Source of the DNA: Phycisphaera mikurensis NBRC 102666
GTDB taxonomy: Bacteria; Planctomycetota; Phycisphaerae; Phycisphaerales; Phycisphaeraceae
DNA: 32,000 bases
Assembly: GCF_000284115.1 (NCBI RefSeq)
Contig: NC_017080.1
Location: forward strand, 3,660,001-3,692,000
Reading direction: 5' to 3'
Part shown: piece by piece, positions 1 to 7,365 of the stretch
Layout of the letters: each line of letters opens with the position of its first letter
Position numbering within the stretch: the first letter of the stretch is position 1
Translations under genes and position numbers: made by a program
The notes under the pieces: model-generated
Seen by the model: only the letters and a program-made list of their open reading frames with translations
Databases searched by the model: none
Told to the model about the DNA's origin: nothing

Positions 1-1519
1 TGGCGGCGAGCGTGAGGCGGACGTACGCCGACATCCGGCGGATGCGTCGGACCTTCACGAGGCGCTCGACGGCGGCGGGATCGACCCGTGTGGGGAAGCC
101 GCCGCCCGCCGGCGGCTCGGCATCCAGGGCGGCGCGGAACGCGTCGTTGCCGACGGCGCCGGGCAGCACGACGCCGAGACCGGTGACGACGACGCCGTTG
201 CCGGCGGCGGCGTCGGTGTCGGCGTCGGTGTCGGCGTCGGTGTCGGCGTCGTTGCCGCGGACCGCCGGCGTCCGGGCTCCGAAACGCTCGCGGTCCGCGG
301 CGTCCCGCCGCTCGACGACCGCGAAGGTGTTGGCACCGCCGAAGCCGATCGAGAGCGCCCCGACCGCTTCCAGCGGCGGATCGGCCGGTGCGGCGGCGCC
401 GGTGACCAACGCCCGCGCGACCGCCGGCGACTCCACGTCGGCCGGGACGACGTTCGCGGTGGTCGGGAGCACCTGCGCCTCCAGGGCGTGCGTGGCGAGC
501 AGCAGCTCGACGGCGCCCGCCCCGCCGAGCGTGTGGCCCAAGCGGCTCTTGAGCGCGACGACGCGGACGCCGCCGCCGCCGAGCGCGTCGCCGAACGCCT
601 CCTCCATCGCCGCCGCCTCGCCCTGCTCGTTGCCGGGCGTGCCGGTGCCGTGGGCGCAGACCAGGCCGACCTCCGCGGGGGCCCGACCCGCCGCCCCGAG
701 CCCGGCGCGGATCGCCCGGGCGGCGCCGCGGCCGGCGGGGTCGGGCTGGGTGAGGTGGTGGGCGTCGCTGCTCTCGCCCACGCCGGCGAGGCGGAAGCCG
801 GCGCGGTGCCCGCGGGCCGCCGCGTCCGGGCCGCGCTCCAGCACCAGCACGCCGTAACCCTCTCCGAGCATCATGCCCCGCCGGTCGCGGGCAAAGGGAC
901 GCACGCCGCTGCCGCTGATCAGCCGCAGCGCGTTGAAGCCGCCGTAGGCGTACTCGCTGACGGTGTCGTAGCCGCCGGCGACGACGACGTCGAGGCTGCC
1001 GTCCTCCAGCAGGTCGCGGGCGAGGCCCAGGCTCGAGAGCCCCGAGGAGCACGCCGCGCAGCCGGTGACGCCGAGGCCCTCGACGCGGACGGGCAGGCCC
1101 GCGACCGCCGCCTGCAGCACGGCGGCGCCCTGGAAGCGTCGCAGCGCGGCGGGGTCGTCCGCGCGGAGCGCCACGCCCGCGGAGCGCATCCCGTGCAGCG
1201 TCGTCCCCATGACCACGCCGATGCGGTCGGCCGGGACGTCGCCCGCGCCGATGCCCGCGTCCGCCAGCGCGGCGGCGAGCGCGTGCCGGAGGTACGCCGC
1301 CTCGCGCGGGAGGTCGTCGCGGGCGCCCCCGGGCAGGTCCGCCGCCTGGTAGCCGGTCCGCGGTCCGCCCTCGTGCGGTTCGAGCGCGGTCAGCTCCGCC
1401 GGCCCGGCCGCTCCGCCGGCGATCAGCGACGCCCACGCGGCGTCCCGGTCCGCCCCCAGCACGCAAGCGAGCGCCCGCCCGCTGATGACGATCTCGGCGG
1501 TGTCGGTCTGGGTCTCCAC
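1..1519 (-). CDS. beta-ketoacyl-ACP synthase (KS, active-site Cys present) that continues without a stop into the N-terminus of a second KS/CLF-like domain; the 3' end runs off the left edge of the window
   Basis: My own minus-strand translation from GTG at 1519 gives VETQTDTAEIVISGRALA. It contains the catalytic GVTGCAACSSG (about 1045-1075), PFARDRRGMMLGEGYGVLVLE (about 840-900), VCAHGTGT (about 640-665) and the KS C-terminus SIGFGGANTFAVVERR (about 305-355). The same frame stays open to base 1 and reads GNGVVVTGLGVVLPGAVGNDAFRAAL...RRIRRMSAYVRLTLAA, a typical KS N-terminus. It is absent from the ORF track because it has no stop inside the window. Confidence 0.85.
   Translation of the reverse strand, partial: METQTDTAEIVISGRALACVLGADRDAAWASLIAGGAAGPAELTALEPHEGGPRTGYQAADLPGGARDDLPREAAYLRHALAAALADAGIGAGDVPADRIGVVMGTTLHGMRSAGVALRADDPAALRRFQGAAVLQAAVAGLPVRVEGLGVTGCAACSSGLSSLGLARDLLEDGSLDVVVAGGYDTVSEYAYGGFNALRLISGSGVRPFARDRRGMMLGEGYGVLVLERGPDAAARGHRAGFRLAGVGESSDAHHLTQPDPAGRGAARAIRAGLGAAGRAPAEVGLVCAHGTGTPGNEQGEAAAMEEAFGDALGGGGVRVVALKSRLGHTLGGAGAVELLLATHALEAQVLPTTANVVPADVESPAVARALVTGAAAPADPPLEAVGALSIGFGGANTFAVVERRDAADRERFGARTPAVRGNDADTDADTDADTDAAAGNGVVVTGLGVVLPGAVGNDAFRAALDAEPPAGGGFPTRVDPAAVERLVKVRRIRRMSAYVRLTLAA
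209..250 (-). repeat. tandem 12-nt repeat (GGCGTCGGTGTC x3.5) encoding a (DADT)n linker
   Basis: Direct reading: three perfect GGCGTCGGTGTC units at 209-244 plus a partial unit to 250. On the coding strand this reads GAC ACC GAC GCC = DTDA, repeated. Confidence 0.9.
254..301. repeat. 46-nt conserved-arm hairpin element, copy 1 (12-bp arms), inside the KS-KS linker coding sequence
   Basis: GCCGCGGACCGC at 254-265 and GCGGTCCGCGGC at 290-301 are perfect reverse complements. The 10-nt cores lie at 255-264 and 291-300 and are separated by exactly 26 nt. Confidence 0.8.
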
Positions 1520-1526
1520 GGGCGGT

Positions 1527-2525
1527 TCAGCGGTCGGGACGTGCGGGGGGCAGCGTAGGAACGCGGTGGGCGGGGTCTGCGCGCCCTCCCGCCGCCTCGA
1601 AGCGCGGCGACAACTCCAGCCACTGCCCGGGGTTCTCGCCGATCTCGGCGGCGAGGGCGGCGGCGAGCCGGAGCATCGCTTCGCCGGGGGCGCCGGGCCG
1701 CGGGAAGGCGGCGCCGCCGGCCACGCGGATCGGCCGGTGAAGCCGGAGCTCCACGCCGCCGGGGGTCCGCACCGCGAACACCGGGACGATGGCCGCCCCC
1801 GCCATCGCGGCGAGCTTCACCGGGCCCACGGGCAGCTCGGCGGTGCCGCCGAGGAAGGGCACGCGCACGCCACGCTGCCCGGGCATCACCCGATCGGCCT
1901 GGCACAGGACCGCGGCGCCGGCTTCCAGCCGCGCGCGGAGCGCCGTCCAGACGTCCAGCGAGTCGGGCCCGCCGACGACCGCGTCGTGAACGCCCAGCCG
2001 CCGGTGAAGCCGGGCGCGGGCGGCGTCGAAGGCCGCGAAGGGGTCCCGCTGGAAGACGACGTGGACGTCGGGCTCGAGGCCGCGGAGTGCCGCGATGCCG
2101 ACCTCGAAGGAGCCCAGGTGCGCGGTCGCGAAGACGATCCCGCCTCCGCTTGCGCGGGCCGCCGCGTGGTGCTCCCGCCCGCGGACCGCGGCGACCTGCG
2201 CCCGGAGCGCCTCGGGCTCCGCCCGGCCGGCCGCGCCCACCTCGCGGATGAAGCGGTAGAAGCTGCGGAGCACGTCGTCGGCGAGGCGGCGGCGGGCCGC
2301 CCGCGTCGCGTCGGGCCCGAGCAGGAAGGGCGCGTTGGCCACCACCCCGCCCCGCAGCGGCCCGCGGAAGGCGACGCGGCTGCCCAGCAGCAGCGGCCGC
2401 TCCACCGCGGCGAGCAGGCCGGGAAAGGCCGCGTTCGCCCCGAAGAGCAGGCGGAGGCACGCGTCGGCGGCCCGGCCGTGGACGCCCGCTCCGCCCGCGT
2501 CCCCCGCCGCCGGCTCAGCCGCCAT
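1527..2525 (-). CDS. lysophospholipid/lipid A (LpxL/HtrB-type) acyltransferase family protein
   Basis: Track ORF of 332 aa. Its overall pattern (FATAHLGSFE, VVFQRD, LCQADRV, VPFLGGTAELPVGPVKLA, IVPVF) matches the late lauroyl/myristoyl acyltransferase family that is typical of aryl-polyene clusters. It overlaps the upstream gene by 11 nt. Confidence 0.75.
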   Translation of the reverse strand: MAAEPAAGDAGGAGVHGRAADACLRLLFGANAAFPGLLAAVERPLLLGSRVAFRGPLRGGVVANAPFLLGPDATRAARRRLADDVLRSFYRFIREVGAAGRAEPEALRAQVAAVRGREHHAAARASGGGIVFATAHLGSFEVGIAALRGLEPDVHVVFQRDPFAAFDAARARLHRRLGVHDAVVGGPDSLDVWTALRARLEAGAAVLCQADRVMPGQRGVRVPFLGGTAELPVGPVKLAAMAGAAIVPVFAVRTPGGVELRLHRPIRVAGGAAFPRPGAPGEAMLRLAAALAAEIGENPGQWLELSPRFEAAGGRADPAHRVPTLPPARPDR

Positions 2526-3198
2526 AGGGCCTCACCACCTCGAAGCCCTCGGGCGCCGGCGGCTCGATGACGCAGGGTTCGGGCTTCACCTCGGGGCTGG
2601 CGAAGCGGTACGACGTCGACGAGCCGTCGCCGTCCACCGTCTCCAGAAGCCGCACCGCCCCGGTCGCCTCCTCGATCCCCAGACCGATCGATCGCAGCTG
2701 CTCGGCCACGGCGGCGTCGCGGGGCACCAGCCGCAGGCCGATCAAAGGCGGCAGAGGATCCGCCGCGTCGGCCCCCGCCCAGGCCGGCGGCTCGGCCTCC
2801 ACCACCTCGAACCGCTCGGTGAGCTCCGACAGCGGCGACGCGGGCCCGAAGCCCATCCCGCCGGCCACGCTCAGGTCGTACACCTCCACCCGCTTCTCGT
2901 CGGGGTAGACGATCCGCATCTCGCCGCCGGCGATGACGGTGGTGCCGGGCCGCGGCCGGAGCGTCTCCCAGCGGAGCGCGCCGCCGGAGGCGGTGAGCAC
3001 ACCCGAGGACGCCAGCGGCTTCCGCAGAAGCGGCGTCACCTTGCGACGCTCGAAGGCGGCGGTCATGCAGGCGTCGGCGAGGTCCGGGCGGTTCGCGTCG
3101 AGCCGCGTGAGCAGCGCCGCCATCGCCGGCTCGGGCTTCTGGGCCCGGGCGGGAGCGGCGGCGAGGAGCAGCGACAGGAGCAGGGCGATCGTCCGCAT
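2515..3198 (-). CDS. LolA-like outer-membrane lipoprotein carrier family protein (secreted)
   Basis: 227 aa with an N-terminal signal peptide, MRTIALLLSLLLAAAPARAQ. Size and position between the ACP/DH and acyltransferase genes match the LolA-like gene of APE-type clusters. The sequence-level assignment is from context and weak pattern recall. Confidence 0.55.
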   Translation of the reverse strand: MRTIALLLSLLLAAAPARAQKPEPAMAALLTRLDANRPDLADACMTAAFERRKVTPLLRKPLASSGVLTASGGALRWETLRPRPGTTVIAGGEMRIVYPDEKRVEVYDLSVAGGMGFGPASPLSELTERFEVVEAEPPAWAGADAADPLPPLIGLRLVPRDAAVAEQLRSIGLGIEEATGAVRLLETVDGDGSSTSYRFASPEVKPEPCVIEPPAPEGFEVVRPYGG

Positions 3199-3206
3199 GG
3201 CGTCTC

Positions 3207-3929
3207 TTAGCCGATCGCCAGCGACAGCGTGCCCTCGGCGACGACCTCTCCGCCGCTGTGTGCCCGCACCTCGAATGCCGTGACGCCGGCCGCCGAGGCG
3301 CCGCGCGTCGCGTGCAGCTCGAGGGTTGCCGGCGGCTTCACCGACGACCGGAAGCGGACGTCCGCCGCGGCGAGCCGGCCCCCGCCGGCGGGAGCCCCGG
3401 CCGCCTCCTCGGCGGCGAGCACGAGGCCCGCCGCCTGCGCCAGCGCTTCGGTGACCAGCACGCCGGGCACGATTGGGTTTCCCGGGAAGTGGCCCACGAA
3501 GAAGGACTCGTCGCCGGTGAGCTCCCAGCGGGCGGTCGCCGCGACACCGGGCTCCACCGATCGCAGAGCGGTGACGAAGCGGAACGGCGGCCGGTGGGGC
3601 AGGCGGTCGAGCACGGCGGCGAGGTCGACCGCGGGGGCCGCCGCCGCGGGATCGCCCCCCGCGTCGACCGGCGGATCGGCGGCTTCGAGCCGCCCGAGGT
3701 GCTCGACGATCGTGCCGACGCTGGCGAAGAGCCGCTCCGCCGAGCCGTCCCGGGCGAGCTTCACGCCGAAGCTCTTCTCGATCGAGCCCATCAGCATCAC
3801 GACGTCGAGCGAATCGAGATCGAACTCGCCGCCGATCAGCGGCATGTCGTCGGCGATGTCCGCGTCGTCGCCGAGGCGCAGGTCCCGGCGCAGGAGGTCC
3901 TTCACGCGGGTCGAGAGGGCGGCGCTCAT
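3207..3929 (-). CDS. acyl carrier protein fused to a FabZ/FabA-like (hotdog) 3-hydroxyacyl-ACP dehydratase
   Basis: Start taken at the internal ATG 3929 (MSAALSTRVKDLL). The ACP phosphopantetheine site is GGEFDLDSLDVVMLMGSIE. After an Ala/Pro linker comes the dehydratase region LPHRPPFRFV...FFVGHFPGNPIVPGVLVTEALAQ. The 39 codons upstream in the track ORF look non-coding. Confidence 0.8.
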   Translation of the reverse strand: MSAALSTRVKDLLRRDLRLGDDADIADDMPLIGGEFDLDSLDVVMLMGSIEKSFGVKLARDGSAERLFASVGTIVEHLGRLEAADPPVDAGGDPAAAAPAVDLAAVLDRLPHRPPFRFVTALRSVEPGVAATARWELTGDESFFVGHFPGNPIVPGVLVTEALAQAAGLVLAAEEAAGAPAGGGRLAAADVRFRSSVKPPATLELHATRGASAAGVTAFEVRAHSGGEVVAEGTLSLAIG

Positions 3930-3960
3930 GCGGCCACGGTCCGCGGATTCCGCTCCGGGG

Positions 3961-4779
3961 TCAAGTCGCCGCGGGCGTGTCCGCCGCGCGCCGTCCCGCC
4001 CCCCGCAGCCGCTCGGCCACCAGACGGGCGTGCAGACGCAATCCACGGAGCGAATCGGCCACCGGCCGGAAGTGCGTCACGCGACCGGTCGCCACCGCGT
4101 ACCGCCCCCCCACCGGCACCTCGACCACCCGCACCCCCAGCCGGTGGCAGCGCACGATCACCTCGGTCTCGAAGCCGAAGCGGGAGGCCGTGCATCCCGC
4201 CCGCACGACCGCCGCCAGCGGGTACACCCGCATCCCGGTCTGGCTGTCGCTCACGCGGAGGCCGCAGGCCAGCCGGACCGATCGATCGGAGACGGAGCGG
4301 CCCACCGCGGACCGCAGCGGCGTGCCCGGCAGCCGCCCCGGCCGCACGCCGAGCACGAGCGAGCCGCGATCCGCCGCGGAGGCGGCCAGCATCGCCGGGA
4401 CCGCGGCCGGGTCGTGCTGCCCGTCGGCGTCGAGGGTGACCGCATGCGTGAAGCCTCGGCCCATCGCCCAGGCGAAGCCGGTGTGCAGCGCCGCCGCCTT
4501 CCCGCGGTTGTCGGCGTGGCGGAGGCGGAACAGGTCGGCCCGCCGGGTCGCCGCGGCCGTCACCACGGCTCCGGTGGCGTCGGTGCTGCCGTCATCCACC
4601 ACGAGCGCCGGCGTGCCGGCCGGCAGGCCCGCCAGCACCGCGCCCAGCGCCGGCGCGTGGTTGAAGGCCGGCACCAGCACCAGCGGCTCGAACGCAGCCG
4701 GCGGCGCAGCCGCCCGCCGCGGGAGACCCGTGGGCGGCAGCGGCGGCGCGGGCGGGAGCGGCGGGCGGATCGACGGCAT
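3961..4779 (-). CDS. family 2 glycosyltransferase
   Basis: VLVPAFNHA, LVVDDGSTD, NRGKAAAL and TLDADGQHDP are classical GT2 (DXD) motifs. 272 aa. Confidence 0.85.
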   Translation of the reverse strand: MPSIRPPLPPAPPLPPTGLPRRAAAPPAAFEPLVLVPAFNHAPALGAVLAGLPAGTPALVVDDGSTDATGAVVTAAATRRADLFRLRHADNRGKAAALHTGFAWAMGRGFTHAVTLDADGQHDPAAVPAMLAASAADRGSLVLGVRPGRLPGTPLRSAVGRSVSDRSVRLACGLRVSDSQTGMRVYPLAAVVRAGCTASRFGFETEVIVRCHRLGVRVVEVPVGGRYAVATGRVTHFRPVADSLRGLRLHARLVAERLRGAGRRAADTPAAT

Positions 4780-4868
4780 CGGGGAGGCCGGCGGAGGGGG
4801 ATCCGCCGGCGGGCTCTGGAGGATCCTTAACGTACCCGCCCGGCGGACCCGCGGCCGGGCAAGCCGCC

Positions 4869-5780
4869 ATGGAGGAACCCCGCCGAGAACACGCCCCGAC
4901 GCCGCCCGCTTGGGCGTCGCGGGGCGCCGCCTGGGAGAGCGCCTTCCCCGGCCTGCGCTCCTTGCAGCCCGCCCCCGGCCACAGCCTCGTCGAGGCGGTG
5001 GCCCCCGCGGCGGACACCGCCGACCCGGCCGGCCTGCAAGACGCCACCCGCCTCGCCTACCGGCGCCTGCTGCGCCGGGCCGCCGACGCCCGCCTCGCCC
5101 CGCTGCGGTTCTGGAACTACGTGCCGGGCATCACCGAGCCCGCGGGCGACGCCGCTCACCGGTACATGGTCTTCAACGCCGGGCGCGCCGCGGGGATGGC
5201 CGAGGCGGGCTTTGCCGGCCGCCGCGTCGCCGCCTCCGCCGTCGGCTTCCCCGGGGACGCCGACGCCCCCCGCCTCACCGTCCAGATGCTCGCCGGCCCC
5301 GCCCCCGCCGAGCCCGCGGAGAACCCCCGCCAGGTGCCCGCTTGGCGGTACTCCGACCGCTTCGGCGACGTGCCCCCCGCCTTCGCGCGGGCGGCCCGGC
5401 TGCCGGCCTCGGCGGGGTTCCTGCCCGGCGCCCTCCTCCTCGCCGGCACCGCCAGCGTCGTCGGCGAGGAGAGCCTGCACCCCGGCGACCTCGCCGCCCA
5501 GGCCGCCGAGACCTGCACCAACCTCGCCGTGCTGCTCGCCGCGGGGGCCGGCCGTGCCCTCGCCCCGGGGGCCGCCGGCGGCGAGGAGGACGTCCATCTC
5601 GCCCGGCTCCGGGACCTGCGCGTCTACGTGAAGCGTGCGGCGGACCTGCCCGCGGTCGGCCGGATGCTCCAGGCTCGCTGCCCCGCGGCGTCGGTGTCGC
5701 TCATGCACGCGGAGATCTGCCGCCCCGAGCTGCTGCTGGAGGCGGAAGGCGTCTCCAGCGAGCGGCTCGCCGAGGCCTGA
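4869..5780 (+). CDS. FkbO/Hyg5/XanB2-family chorismatase (hydroxybenzoate-forming), RidA-like C-terminal domain
   Basis: RFWNYVPGI, YMVFNAGRA and LLAGTASVVGEESLHPGDLAAQAAETCTNLAVLL match my recollection of the chorismatase family. It is divergent from the polyene-lipid operon, as xanB2 is in xanthomonadin clusters. Confidence 0.65.
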   Translation: MEEPRREHAPTPPAWASRGAAWESAFPGLRSLQPAPGHSLVEAVAPAADTADPAGLQDATRLAYRRLLRRAADARLAPLRFWNYVPGITEPAGDAAHRYMVFNAGRAAGMAEAGFAGRRVAASAVGFPGDADAPRLTVQMLAGPAPAEPAENPRQVPAWRYSDRFGDVPPAFARAARLPASAGFLPGALLLAGTASVVGEESLHPGDLAAQAAETCTNLAVLLAAGAGRALAPGAAGGEEDVHLARLRDLRVYVKRAADLPAVGRMLQARCPAASVSLMHAEICRPELLLEAEGVSSERLAEA

Positions 5781-5788
5781 TCCGGCGG

Positions 5789-5834
5789 CCGCGGACCGCG
5801 GGCCCGAACGACGAATTGCCGCCGCGGTCCGCGG
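5789..5834. repeat. 46-nt conserved-arm hairpin element, copy 2 (13-bp arms)
   Basis: CCGCGGACCGCGG at 5789-5801 and CCGCGGTCCGCGG at 5822-5834 are perfect reverse complements. The element starts 8 nt after the chorismatase stop codon (5778-5780). Confidence 0.85.
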
Positions 5835-5924
5835 AGCCGGCCGATGCTTTTAGGATCACGGCCCGGACGCTCCCGACGCCGGGACGCTCCCGATCCCGGC
5901 CCGGCACGTCGCGGCACGACACCC

Positions 5925-6332
5925 ATGGCCCACTCCCACACCCCCGAAGCCCACGCCAAGATCCGCCGCGACCACGCGCAGGAAACCGCGGAAGACTACG
6001 TGGAGGCCGTCGCCGACCTGGTCGCCGAGCGTGGCACCTGCCGCGTGGTCGACCTCGCGGAGCGCTTCGGCGTCAGCCACGTCACGACGCTGCGGGTGGT
6101 GAAGCGGCTCGTCAGCGAGGACCTCCTCAAGACCGAGCCCCGCAAGCCGATCGAGCTGACCTCCGCCGGGAAGAAGCTCGCCGCCGCCTGCGCCCAGCGG
6201 CACGAGGCCGTCTACCGCTTCCTCCGCAAGCTCGGCGTGAGCAAGAGAGTGGCCGCCCTCGACGCCGAGGGCATCGAGCACCACCTCAGCAAGCCGACGC
6301 TGAAGGCCATGCGAGCCTTCACCGCCGGCTGA
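5925..6332 (+). CDS. mntR: DtxR/MntR-family manganese-responsive transcriptional regulator
   Basis: MAHSHTPEAHAKIRRDHAQETAEDYVEAVADLV...CRVVDLAERFGVSHVTTLRVVKRL is an MntR-like wHTH plus dimerisation domain with no SH3 domain, about 135 aa. Start set at ATG 5925 because the 27 codons upstream in the track ORF are full of rare A/T-ending codons. Confidence 0.85.
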   Translation: MAHSHTPEAHAKIRRDHAQETAEDYVEAVADLVAERGTCRVVDLAERFGVSHVTTLRVVKRLVSEDLLKTEPRKPIELTSAGKKLAAACAQRHEAVYRFLRKLGVSKRVAALDAEGIEHHLSKPTLKAMRAFTAG

Positions 6333-6356
6333 CCCCGGAGCCCGCCGCCCTTGCGC

Positions 6357-6399
6357 GGTAGCTTCCGCTACACTCCGCCGCTCCCGTAGCCGCCGCTAC
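6357..6399 (+). promoter_or_regulatory. two copies of a 15-bp dyad, (G/C)GTAGC-N4-GCTAC, 28 bp apart; candidate MntR operator pair
   Basis: GGTAGCTTCCGCTAC at 6357-6371 and CGTAGCCGCCGCTAC at 6385-6399. Each contains GTAGC and its reverse complement GCTAC. They lie between the mntR stop and the ABC-importer start (6418). Confidence 0.35.
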
Positions 6400-6417
6400 C
6401 GACCGACCCGCCCCGTC

Positions 6418-7365
6418 ATGCCCCCACGCTCCCCCCTCCGCGGCCTCTTGTTCCCCACCCTCGCCCTGCTCGCGGCGGCGCTGATCACCGGCTGCGACGA
6501 CACCGGCCCCGCCGCGACCGCGGGCGGCCGCGAGGACGGACGCACGCGGGTGGTGACCACCTTCACCATCCTCCAGGACATGGCGCAGAACGTCGCCGGC
6601 GAGGCGGCGGTCGTCGAGTCGATCACCAAGCCCGGCGCCGAGATCCACGAGTACCAGCCGACCCCGCTGGACATCGTCAAGGCCCAGGACGCCGACCTGG
6701 TGATCCGCAACGGCATGGGGCTGGAGCGGTGGTTCGAGAAGTTCATGGGCAGCGTCGCCGACGTCCCCAGCGTCGACCTCTCCGAGGGCGTGGAGCCGAT
6801 GAGCATCGGCGGGGGGCCGTACGACGGCAAGCCCAACCCGCACGCCTGGATGTCGCCGAGCAACGCCCTGATCTACGTCGAGAACATCCGCAAGGCGCTC
6901 AGCGACGTCGACCCCGCGAACGCCGAGACCTACCGGACCAACGCCGAGGCCTACGCGGCGGAGATCCGGGCGATCGAGGAGCCGACCCGCCAGAAGCTTG
7001 CGGAGATCCCCGCCGAGCGGCGCTGGCTGGTCTCCAGCGAGGGCGCCTTCAGCTACCTCGCCCGCGACAACGGGATGAAGGAGCTGTTCCTCTGGCCGGT
7101 GAACGCGGACGCCGAGGGCACGCCGCAGCAGATCCGCCGGGTGGTCGACACGATCCGCGCCAACGACATCCCCGTGGCCTTCAGCGAGAGCACGATCAGC
7201 GACAAGCCGATGCGGCAGGTCGTCGCCGAATCCGGCTCCCGCTACGGCGGCGTGCTCTACGTCGACTCGCTGACCGACGCGGGCGGCGTGGCGCCGACCT
7301 ACCTCCAGCTGCTGGCCTACAACGCGCGGACGATCGTCGACGGCTTCGAGGAAGGCTTGGAGTGA
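6418..7365 (+). CDS. metal (Mn/Fe/Zn) ABC transporter substrate-binding lipoprotein, TroA/PsaA/SitA family
   Basis: Lipobox LITGC after a signal peptide. [34 protein letters not shown] and SEGAFSYLA are typical of cluster-9 SBPs. Confidence 0.9.
   Translation: MPPRSPLRGLLFPTLALLAAALITGCDDTGPAATAGGREDGRTRVVTTFTILQDMAQNVAGEAAVVESITKPGAEIHEYQPTPLDIVKAQDADLVIRNGMGLERWFEKFMGSVADVPSVDLSEGVEPMSIGGGPYDGKPNPHAWMSPSNALIYVENIRKALSDVDPANAETYRTNAEAYAAEIRAIEEPTRQKLAEIPAERRWLVSSEGAFSYLARDNGMKELFLWPVNADAEGTPQQIRRVVDTIRANDIPVAFSESTISDKPMRQVVAESGSRYGGVLYVDSLTDAGGVAPTYLQLLAYNARTIVDGFEEGLE

Noticed and set aside
209-250. A CRISPR-like or minisatellite array made of repeated GTCGGTGTCGGC units.
   Set aside because: The units are contiguous 12-mers without spacers and lie in frame inside a coding sequence as a (DADT)n linker. 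There are no cas genes in the window.
2179-2188. Extra single cores of the hairpin element inside coding regions (CCGCGGACCG at 2179-2188 and 23832-23841; CGGTCCGCGG at 1354-1363; a 9/10 match at 19686-19695).
   Set aside because: No matching partner core lies at the 26-nt spacing (best partners 6-7/10 or offset). These strings are what the codons for AVRG or AADR give in this genome, so I treat them as chance rather than element copies.
4780-4868. The 10-bp palindrome CCGCCGGCGG (4803-4812) and two GGATCC sites in the GT2/chorismatase divergent region, as an operator.
   Set aside because: Short GC-only palindromes are common by chance in this composition, and I see no second copy or partner motif.
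3977-6361. Very long ORFs in the track rich in Arg/Pro/Ala/Gly, for example 3977..6361 (+, 794 aa), 13683..16418 (+, 911 aa), 16845..19538 (+, 897 aa), 21922..24390 (+, 822 aa), 1423..2460 (-) and 16993..19194 (-).
   Set aside because: They run antisense to or out of frame with genes that have clear family motifs. They have no recognisable domains and show the RGPA-rich composition expected from stop-poor alternative frames in a genome above 70% GC.
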